In this document: positions 29,156 through 37,800 of the stretch, one piece after another | Position numbering within the stretch: position 1 is the first letter of the stretch | Layout of the letters: each line of letters begins with the position of its first letter | DNA from: a virus | Taxonomy: Duplodnaviria > Heunggongvirae > Uroviricota > Caudoviricetes | Virus record (IMG/VR): IMGVR_UViG_3300030019_000007 | Reading direction: 5' to 3' (one strand) | DNA length: 64,000 nucleotides | Notes under the pieces: generated by a model | The model's database searches: none | What the model saw: only the letters and a program-made list of their open reading frames with translations | What the model was told of the DNA's origin: nothing | Made by a program: the position numbers and the translations under genes

Positions 29156-30027
29156 TAACACCGTATATTAAAACACTTGGTGATGATTGGAAAATGCACA
29201 CCAATTACGAAGATATGGTTCGTAATATCCAGAATGAACTAGAAACTTATATTGTTAAAGCAAAATTGAAATCTTTAGTTCTTGGTATTTCCGGAGGTAT
29301 TGATTCAGCATTATGTGCTGCTTTAGCTAAACCAATTTGTGATAAACTAGGAATTCCTTTAATTGGAATAAGTATTCCAATTCAAAGTAACCATAAAGAT
29401 GAAATTAATAGAGCTTTAGGTATTGGAAAGCACTTTTGTACTAAATTTCATGAAGCAGATCTTGGAGTTATATACCAAGAGGTATCTTTTAAATATAAAG
29501 GACCTTACACTTCAAATATAGTTGAAACTGAGGTGGAAAGAAAAATTCGTATGGGTAATATTAAAGCTCGTATGAGAATGATCTATTTATATAATCAAGC
29601 ACAAATGAATAAAGGTATGGTTCTCTCTACAGATAATTATACTGAGTTTTTATTAGGTTTCTGGACATTACATGGGGATGTTGGTGATTATGGTATGATC
29701 CAAAGACTTTGGAAAACTGAAGTTTATGGATTAACTGACTATATAGTAAATAAATATGTAATCTCTCATGAACCTTATAAAGCATATGCTCTACAAATGT
29801 GTATTGATGCAGTTCCTACTGATGGTTTAGGTATCACAAATAGTGATCTTGATCAATTAGGAGTAGAATCTTATGAGGAAGTAGATGCAATCTTACAAAG
29901 ATTATGTCTAATTTCATCTGAAACTGATGTAATAGCTAATGATCCAGTAACAAAAAGGCATATTCAATCAGAATTTAAAAGGAATAATCCTTTTAACATA
30001 GAACGTAAAACAATTTTACAATCGTGA
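29152..30027 (+). CDS. nadE: NH3-dependent NAD+ synthetase (no glutaminase domain)
   Basis: VLGISGGIDSA, GNIKARMRM, STDNYTE..LGFWTLHGD, LWKTEVY, PTDGL. Confidence 0.93.
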   Translation: MITPYIKTLGDDWKMHTNYEDMVRNIQNELETYIVKAKLKSLVLGISGGIDSALCAALAKPICDKLGIPLIGISIPIQSNHKDEINRALGIGKHFCTKFHEADLGVIYQEVSFKYKGPYTSNIVETEVERKIRMGNIKARMRMIYLYNQAQMNKGMVLSTDNYTEFLLGFWTLHGDVGDYGMIQRLWKTEVYGLTDYIVNKYVISHEPYKAYALQMCIDAVPTDGLGITNSDLDQLGVESYEEVDAILQRLCLISSETDVIANDPVTKRHIQSEFKRNNPFNIERKTILQS

Positions 30028-31190
30028 CAAAAATATTATACAATGTTGACAGTAAAGGAAAGACACGTTATGTGACTTTCCATACTGCAACAAGATTATT
30101 AGGAGGATATGAGATTAAAAGAGACTCCGGATTAGTTGGAGGAACGAATGTATCCCAACCTACTATTACCATTGATAAAGGAAAAGCAAAAAGAACTCTT
30201 GAACAACAAGTTCAATTAGAATTTGATTCTTTAGTAAATAAAGCTAGAGATAAAGGGTATAAAGATACTGTTGAGGAATTAACTACTTATAAGACAGATG
30301 CTAATGGTAATAAAAAACCACAATTAGCTAAGGATCCTAGAGGTAAATTACCTCATACTATTACTGAGGAAGAAGCTAGAGAAGTGATTCTCTCAAGAAT
30401 TCAGAAGATTATTAAGGGCAAGAAAGGATATATATCTAAAAAGTTAGATGGTGTTCGTATGCTTCAAGGTATGAAATCGAATAAAATTAATTCTACTAGT
30501 CGTAGTGGAAAAAGTTATAATCCAATAACTAAAGAAATTGTTAAAGATCCCTGTATCCGAGAATTTTTTGATAAATATCCTAACTATCAATTAGATGGTG
30601 AACTATATGTACATGGTGTACTTTTAGAAGAACTCTCTGGTGATGCACGTAAACATGAGTGGATTGAATCTAGACATGCAAAATTACAATATTGGATATT
30701 TGATATTGTAGCTGAAGGACTTACTTTTGAAGAAAGACTAGAAATTCTTAAAACTATCCAACCTAAAACAGAAAAAGTAGTAATAGTTGAGCATGTTGCT
30801 GTAACAGACAACATTGATATTATTATGGCCTATTATGATAAGTGGATTGAAGAGGGTTATGAAGGAGGAATCTGGAGAGAAGCCTCAAGTCTTTACAAAG
30901 AAGGTAAAGATAATAGAATGATTAAAATCAAACTAATGCAAGATGACGAGTTTGAAATCACAGGTATTGCAGAAGGACTACGTCCTGAAGATATGGTATT
31001 TGAGATGAAAACTGCTGATGGTGTTGCTTTTGAGGCAAAACCGAAAGGTACTGTAGAACAAAGACTATGGTATCTTGCTAATATTAAAGACTTAATTGGA
31101 AAATTTGGAACCGTTAAGTTCTTTCATTATTCTGTTAGTGGAGCCCCTAATCTTCCATCATTTAAATCCTTAAGAGAAGATGGTGAGTAA
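30024..31190 (+). CDS. ATP-dependent DNA ligase with a WGR-like N-terminus
   Basis: KKLDGVR, LDGELY, FDI, EGGIWR, MIKIK, OB-fold tail. Confidence 0.88.
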   Translation: MTKILYNVDSKGKTRYVTFHTATRLLGGYEIKRDSGLVGGTNVSQPTITIDKGKAKRTLEQQVQLEFDSLVNKARDKGYKDTVEELTTYKTDANGNKKPQLAKDPRGKLPHTITEEEAREVILSRIQKIIKGKKGYISKKLDGVRMLQGMKSNKINSTSRSGKSYNPITKEIVKDPCIREFFDKYPNYQLDGELYVHGVLLEELSGDARKHEWIESRHAKLQYWIFDIVAEGLTFEERLEILKTIQPKTEKVVIVEHVAVTDNIDIIMAYYDKWIEEGYEGGIWREASSLYKEGKDNRMIKIKLMQDDEFEITGIAEGLRPEDMVFEMKTADGVAFEAKPKGTVEQRLWYLANIKDLIGKFGTVKFFHYSVSGAPNLPSFKSLREDGE

Positions 31191-32430
31191 ACTTCTAAAA
31201 AATCAATTGCTTTTACCTTCTGGTATTTTAATAACATTAAATTATCAGCAAGTAGAAGCAATTGAAAAAATTAGAGAATGGCTAAAATCTACCGAATCAA
31301 TGTTCGTGTTAGAAGGTTTCGCTGGAACAGGTAAAAGTTGTTCTATAAAGAAATTGCTAGACTCTACAAAACTAGATGTTACAGTATCAGCTCCAACTCA
31401 TAAAGCACTAAAAGTTATCTCAAGATTTACTGGGAAAACAGGAAGGACCTTACAAGCTCTTCTAGGATTTTCTCCTAATGTAAATGTGGATAATTTTGAT
31501 ATAAATAATATACAATTTGATCCATTAGGTAAGGAAGAAATTTCCTTATATGACCTTATCATAATAGATGAGGCTTCTATGATCAATGCAGATCTTTTTG
31601 CTTATTTAGAAAGAGTAACAAAAAGAACAAAGGTTAAAATAATATTCTTAGGAGACAAACGACAGATTCCACCAGTAGGTGAGAAACTTAGTCCTGTCTT
31701 CTCTGCTAAAATATCACGGTTTACCCTAACTAAGATTGAGAGGCAGAATGATGGAAATCCATTACTGCTTCTCAATGATAAACTAAGGGATTCTGTAGAA
31801 ACTCTTGAAGATATCGAGATTGAAACTATTTTAAATTATAAAGATGAAGGTACTGAAGCACTTAGCTTTGAGGAATTTAAAAAAAAGTTAAACTTTACTT
31901 TCAATTCTGAAGAATACCTAAAAGATCCTCTTTATGCTAAAATGTTAACGTGGACAAATGTCTCTGTTAAACAATGGAATAGTGCTATAAGACAAATGAG
32001 ATTCCCAGGTATAATTGACCCATTAGTTGTGGGTGATGTACTTATGAGTTATGCTAATATTGGTAGAACTCCTCTTGGAGAGGCAATGATTAAAAATTCA
32101 GAAGATTATTTAGTTACTTATGTAGAATCTTTTACTAGTAACTTTGGTGTTCCTGGATATATTATTGGTCTTAAAGAAATTGATAGTATTAATGTATTTC
32201 AAATTTTTGTGGTAGAACCTACTCTACAAGGAGAATGGTTATATTTAAAAACACACGATAAAATTTTACAAAAAGCTTTATCTTACCAACCGGGTAAGTT
32301 AAGAAGTAAAGTTTTTTCTCAAGAATATTTTCCCTTTAAAGAATCACACACCTTAATGCGTGACTGCCAAACTGGTAGTAAAAAGACAAAGGATATAGAT
32401 TATGGTTATGCTGTATCTATTCATAAGAGT
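31180..32430 (+). CDS. SF1B Dda/RecD-like helicase, exon 1
   Basis: GFAGTGKS, SAPTHKA, IIDEASM, LGDKRQIPPV, LTKIERQ; ends YAVSIHKS. Confidence 0.9.
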
Positions 32431-32696
32431 TAGGTAATATTGGCTCTTAAAAAACTCATTAAATTGCGGGGATCTCCTAAAGTTTATTTAACCAAACTAT
32501 AATAGAAATATTATAGTGGCTTTCAGTAATGATGGAAGGTATGGTAAAATCAAATAAAATTGGACAATCCGCAGCCAAGTCTCTTTTAGTCAGAGAGAAA
32601 GGTTCAGAGACTATCTCGAAAGAGAGTACATTTATTATATTTTATAATATTTGGAAAAAGTGAGGTATTTTATACTGACTTATGACTTATTTTTTG

Positions 32697-32704
32697 TACA
32701 TTTG
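32697..32704 (+). promoter_or_regulatory. Bacteroidota-type -7 promoter element (TACATTTG)
   Basis: TAnnTTTG 22 nt upstream of ATG 32727. Confidence 0.62.
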
Positions 32705-32726
32705 TGGCTTATTAATAAACACAATT

Positions 32727-33455
32727 ATGTCAAACTTTAATGATCAGACTAGTAAGTTAGTGGACTTAGGATTTATTTATTGTTTAAAGAATCCAACAAC
32801 AGATGAAATTTTTTATATAGGTGCTACAGAATCAACACCTAAAGATCGATTAGCAGCACATTATTCCCAGTTTAAAGAGTATTTACAAGGTAAAAGAAAT
32901 TCAACTAAAAAATTTGAATATTTTGAAAAAATATTCCCAGAAGTAGTTAAAATTGAAATTTTAGAAATTGTACAAAATGATTATCTATACCAAATAGAAA
33001 TTAAATACATTTCTGAGTACTCAAATAAAGGAATAGTTAATCAAACAAAAGGTGGAACAGGGGGAGATACATTTACTCAACAACAATCTGTTGATAAATC
33101 AAATATATCTCAATTGATTGCATTAAAAAATGCAAGTAAAACTAGAACAGAGGTTTATAAAGAAAACTTAAGAAAATTACGTTTAGGAAGTAATAATCCT
33201 ATGGCAGGATTATCTTCTATGCCTAGTTGTATAGTTTTTGATATAAACAATACTCCTCTTAAGAAATTTATAGCGCCTTTTGAAATTACTACTTTTTTTG
33301 ATAATATTTATGGGGAAGAAAACCATAAAATACATGCAGGAAGAGTAGGAAATATAACTAAAGCTTTAAAGAAAGCAGATAGTGCTAAAAGTTCTAATTA
33401 TACATTTAAAAAATTTGATCTATGTCCTAAAGAAATACAAGATATAGTCCAGTGA
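32727..33455 (+). CDS. intron-encoded GIY-YIG homing endonuclease
   Basis: GFIYCLKNP...FYIGAT...RLAAH, EIKYI, NQTKGG; the ORF end overlaps the 3' strand of P7. Confidence 0.85.
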   Translation: MSNFNDQTSKLVDLGFIYCLKNPTTDEIFYIGATESTPKDRLAAHYSQFKEYLQGKRNSTKKFEYFEKIFPEVVKIEILEIVQNDYLYQIEIKYISEYSNKGIVNQTKGGTGGDTFTQQQSVDKSNISQLIALKNASKTRTEVYKENLRKLRLGSNNPMAGLSSMPSCIVFDINNTPLKKFIAPFEITTFFDNIYGEENHKIHAGRVGNITKALKKADSAKSSNYTFKKFDLCPKEIQDIVQ

Positions 33456-33478
33456 ATTATGAAAGTAATTCAAAAACG

Positions 33479-33610
33479 CAAGGTAGCACCTACAATACTA
33501 CTTTTATTAGTGAACCAAATATTAACAAGAATAGGAATATTGAGGAACGTAACAAGATTAAGTATGTAGCTTATTCTCGTGCTTCTCATAAAGCCTTTGT
33601 ATATCAGTAA
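33479..33610 (+). CDS. Dda/RecD-like helicase, exon 2 (spliced product about 460 aa)
   Basis: QGSTY...KYVAYSRA (motifs V/VI); missed by the ORF track. Confidence 0.9.
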   Translation, partial: QGSTYNTTFISEPNINKNRNIEERNKIKYVAYSRASHKAFVYQ

Positions 33611-33611
33611 A

Positions 33612-33875
33612 ATGCCAGAAATAAATCACTTATCACGTGATATAGATTTAGGTGATCGTCAACCAGATATAGATTATACATCTTTTTCTAGTGCTTCCCC
33701 ACATAAAGAATCTATCTCAATAGAAGATATTCATAAAAGTAAAGAAGATTTTAATCAAATGATTGAAACTATGGAGAAATTTAAAACTTTTCCAAGGAAA
33801 CAAAGAAGAAAAATTATAAAACCAAGTTTTTCTTCAACAGTGAAAAAATCTTTCAAAAAAGAAATCGAAAAATAA
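33612..33875 (+). CDS. hypothetical protein with a basic C-terminus
   Basis: ATG 1 nt after the helicase stop; followed by a terminator. Confidence 0.6.
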   Translation: MPEINHLSRDIDLGDRQPDIDYTSFSSASPHKESISIEDIHKSKEDFNQMIETMEKFKTFPRKQRRKIIKPSFSSTVKKSFKKEIEK

Positions 33876-33877
33876 TT

Positions 33878-33920
33878 ATAGCCTATGTGAGACGAAAGTC
33901 TTGCATAGGCTATTTTTTTT
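33878..33920 (+). terminator. intrinsic terminator
   Basis: ATAGCCTATGTGAGAC-GAAA-GTCTTGCATAGGCTAT followed by a T run. Confidence 0.85.
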
Positions 33921-33923
33921 CTG

Positions 33924-33931
33924 TAACTTTG
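33924..33931 (+). promoter_or_regulatory. Bacteroidota-type -7 promoter element (TAACTTTG)
   Basis: TAnnTTTG 18 nt upstream of ATG 33950. Confidence 0.6.
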
Positions 33932-33949
33932 TGGTTAAAATTATACAAT

Positions 33950-34699
33950 ATGGAATTATTTAATAAAACAGCAAAAGAAAAAATTGACAATTATAATAAT
34001 GGTACTCAACCTATTGCCACTAGAATGGCTGATGATCAGCCAAATACTTATATAAAAGAATATATGAATTTTATGGCAAATCTTCCATATGGAAATGATG
34101 TGACTCCAGAAGCTTCTCAAGAAGATTCTCAAGAAGATTCTAAGATACCTAGTAAACCTATTAGAAAAGATTATGTTACAAGACAAAGTCCTGCATTTTC
34201 AGATATAGATGTAAGTAACCCTAATGGACATGCTAAATATACAGAAATTAGTCAAAAATTTATTGATTCTAAAAATCCAAAGGCAGGAGTAACTGGTAAA
34301 ATGTTAGCAGACTCTGCCAAAGCTACTTATAATAAATATGGTATATATGTACCTCCAGAGTTAGCATTGGCACAATTATATACAGAAGGAGGACTTGGTA
34401 AGGATCCTAAAAAAAGACCTATATATACTAATAATCCTTTTAATGTAGGAAATACAGATGATAACAAAAATAGATATTTTCCTACAATTAAAGAAGCTGT
34501 TGATAAATATTTTGATTTAGTAGCAACTGCATATTTAGGAAAAAATAAAACAGCAAATGATTTAATGAATAATTATGTTGATTTAAAAAATCGTAGATAT
34601 GCTTCAGCTAAAAATTATGAAGAAGTACTAAGACAAGTAACTGCACAAATTCATAATAATTTTTCTTCACCCATACTAAATGCAGGACAAAATGTATAA
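33950..34699 (+). CDS. GH73/glucosaminidase-like peptidoglycan hydrolase
   Basis: LAQLYTEGGLG, NPFNVG, RYASAKNY; low-complexity linker (ASQEDSQEDSK) before the domain. Confidence 0.65.
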   Translation: MELFNKTAKEKIDNYNNGTQPIATRMADDQPNTYIKEYMNFMANLPYGNDVTPEASQEDSQEDSKIPSKPIRKDYVTRQSPAFSDIDVSNPNGHAKYTEISQKFIDSKNPKAGVTGKMLADSAKATYNKYGIYVPPELALAQLYTEGGLGKDPKKRPIYTNNPFNVGNTDDNKNRYFPTIKEAVDKYFDLVATAYLGKNKTANDLMNNYVDLKNRRYASAKNYEEVLRQVTAQIHNNFSSPILNAGQNV

Positions 34700-34829
34700 T
34701 ACTCAATTAGATATAGAAATAGATAAGAAAACTCGATCTCAGTTAAAGAAATTATTTGAATATCACGAATGGTGTGTAGAACATGACATCATTGTTATTT
34801 TTAAATGTGGTCCTATATTTCTGAATTAA
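34692..34829 (+). CDS. small hypothetical protein (45 aa)
   Basis: MYNTQLDIEIDKK...; overlaps the hydrolase stop codon. Confidence 0.45.
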   Translation: MYNTQLDIEIDKKTRSQLKKLFEYHEWCVEHDIIVIFKCGPIFLN

Positions 34830-34832
34830 AAT

Positions 34833-34871
34833 AAAAGCCCCTCTAGAGAAATCTAGAGGGGCTATTTTTTT
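34833..34871. terminator. bidirectional terminator between the convergent genome arms
   Basis: AAAAGCCCCTCTAGA-GAAA-TCTAGAGGGGCTATTTTTTT. Confidence 0.88.
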
Positions 34872-34874
34872 GTC

Positions 34875-37800
34875 TTAGTTGTTTGTGAATAAAGGAGCAA
34901 AAGGTCGAGCAAATCCAATGTTAGAAGTAATAGCTTTTCCAACTGATTCACTTCCAGAGGTTGCTTTTAAGAAACTATCCTTTACATCTTTTCCATAACT
35001 TAATGCTGCAAAAGGTTCTGCGCTTAATCCTGTACCTACTAAACTAAATACATTTAAATCATTACCTGATCGAAGTATTGCTTTATAAATTGCTGCAGCG
35101 TATTCATCATCTTTTTGGACAGTAGGCCAATCAATTAATCCAGCTATAGCTAATAAACATGAAACAATACCCATATCCCAAGCTAATAATTTCATATTAG
35201 CTGTACGTTCAGGCCTATCTTTTAATAGATTCCAAAAAGTGTCTATTTTGTTTTCACTGTGGGTTACTTCAGTAAACATATGAGCCATAGATATTAAAAT
35301 ACCCTCCATATATTTTCCTTTCCAAACTTTGATTGGAGTTCCAGTATTAGTAGTAGTGTGTTCTCCATTGCTGTCTACATAATACTTAACACCATCGACT
35401 TCTAAATCAACATAATCTCCTTGAGCATAAGATCCAGGTTTTAAAATATATTGATCTTTTTTAGAAGTTAACCAACGTTTAAATTGTAAAAACATCATAC
35501 CAACAATATTATTATTAAACATGATTTTAGTTTCATGATCATAATAACCGTGAATTCCATCAGCAAACATCTTCATACTCTCTCTTTGTTTTAAAGTGTA
35601 AGCTCTAGGAAGAGCTTCTCCTTCAGCAATGTTTTCGCCAAATTTATTAAAATCTGAACGCATTACATCATACAAAGCTTTTTGTTCTCCATATTTAGGA
35701 TTAGAAGTTTTACCCTCGGCAAATACATCAAAACGTTTATCTTTTTTAAAATCATACACCATTTTGCCATCTACTACACTATGAGCATCAAAGCATCCAT
35801 CATGTTTCATTTGAGCTGTAAATATCAACATACGATTAAAGTAGTCAGGTGCTGAAGAAGTCCAGTACATACCCCCTGATCTAAACCCTAATAGTCCTCC
35901 TCTATTTCTAGTCATTAATTCTGGAAGCATGTTAACATCCATATTATTTAGACCATACTCCATATTTAAAGCATCGGCTAAACCATGGTTATCTACGGAT
36001 TGGCTTAAACCTGTCATAAACTTTATAGCAGAGAAATACTCACTTTTATTAAACATATTCTCTCCATAGCTTCTGGACATTAATCGGGTTAAATTTCCCC
36101 ACTGTCCTTGAAATAAAGCCATAACTCCCGTGATAGGGTTTAATCCAATATTTGCAATACTAGCTACTTGTTTAATAGCATTCATTCCTTGGTGAAGTGC
36201 TTCAATTCCCGGGAGTATACTATTATCAGAGTAAATACTACTCTTAACATATTCTTTAATAAATGTCTCTGTATTAGGTATTTCAATATTTAATTCAAAA
36301 GCTTGCCAAGACATTGCTACTTTTAAAGCATTAACTACTGGTAAAATCTTATTATATTCTTCTTGTCTATTATAGGCAAATACAAAAGTGTCTAATACAG
36401 TTTCTAAGTTAGTTTCAAATGCTCCTAAGGTTTCCTCTTGTATAAGTTTATTTCTGCCTTCCATATCAGAATGAAATTCAAAGGAATTAAACATCTCAAA
36501 CATACCATTAGCATATCTATCTAGTTGAGTTTTATCTTGATCAAATATATTATTGATATTTAATAAACCATTGTACCATTCTTTAATACCTGAAGTAACA
36601 TTTTTATTTATCATTTTAGTAACCGCTGATCCTCTTAATAATGGCACCTGAAACCATTCTTGTGTATCTTGTTTTTGAAGTCCAACTTCTGAGGTAGGAT
36701 CTGAGGTACCATAACGTAGTTTGTTAATCTTATCTAAAAAGTATATAGAGAATTTACGTTCTTCTGGAGATAATTTAGAAGTAGGATCATAAGGATTCTT
36801 TAAAATTAATCTAGAATCTATATCTCCATCTGTTTGTACAAATAGATTTTTATAGGCATTAGCTTGATCTCCAATTGTTTTTATTCTAGCATAAGTAAAA
36901 CCTTGATTTTTTAAAAATTCATCTACTATGCCTTTACTTCCTTCTTTAAATTTACTTTGATTTATCTTAATTTGATTCATCGCAGCTTTTGTTAATTCTA
37001 CTAAAGATAATAGATTTTTAGAGGGCATACTAGTAGGATTCGTTGCTTGGGCCGTAATGTAAGAGATGTCTTGTTCAAAAGTTAAGGGTATACCTCCTTC
37101 ATAAACTATAGCATCATTTACCATTCCATAGAGTTTTTCCTCAGGAGTAGTGAATTTGTTAATATCATTGATATTACCCTGTTTCATAACAACATCTCGT
37201 AATTCCTGCTCTATTTGTCGTAAAGCAATCAATTTGCCTGTGCCTCTTTTATCTCCTAAAACAGTGATAAATCTCTCTATTTTAGACTTAGTTTTATCAG
37301 TAAAACTGTCTTCTTGCATCAATGTAGCAAATCTACTTAGCAATAAATCAGTCTTACTAGCCATAGGTATGTTACTAATATTGTTATCTATTTTCATCTT
37401 TTTAGTGATATAATCAAAGTTAAACATCAATTTATCACTATTTTGGGTATAAAAAGAAGAATCTACTGGATTAAAACTCATTATTCTACCAATATTATAA
37501 TTTTTAGCCGTAAATACATCAATATTATCATTTATGTAGAACAATGTCTTCATTAACTCAATATTACCATTTGTAGCCGCTAATAAGTTAGGTTCTCTCT
37601 CAGCAATAACATCTGAGGTAAAATTACCTAAAATTGAGTTACCTGTACTAAGTTTTACTTTGTTATTAAGTCTATTAACAGTATATGATACAAATTCAGC
37701 CGTCTTAGTGTTATTATTCACAAACATTAAGATACCTAAACTATCTAATGCCCCATCATTCATTATTAAGGACCAATCTCCTCCCACATACTTACTAAAT

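Larger units (their letters stand above)
32431..33478 (+). mobile_element. group I intron in Dda/RecD-like helicase (1048 nt)
   Basis: P1 AAGAGU/GCUCUU (32443-32448) with U.G pair; P10 CAA/UUG; P7 GACUA 32609-32613 / UAGUC 33445-33449; omega-G 33478. Splicing restores HKSQGSTY. Confidence 0.94.

Noticed and set aside
33887-33949. Track start of the hydrolase ORF at 33887 (also 2324 and 32682 for two endonucleases)
   Set aside because: These extensions run through terminator or promoter sequence; downstream ATGs fit the TAnnTTTG spacing
34105-34145. Short direct repeat AAGAAGATTCT(C/A)
   Set aside because: Only a 2-3 copy coding micro-duplication (SQED) in a linker; not a CRISPR or iteron array
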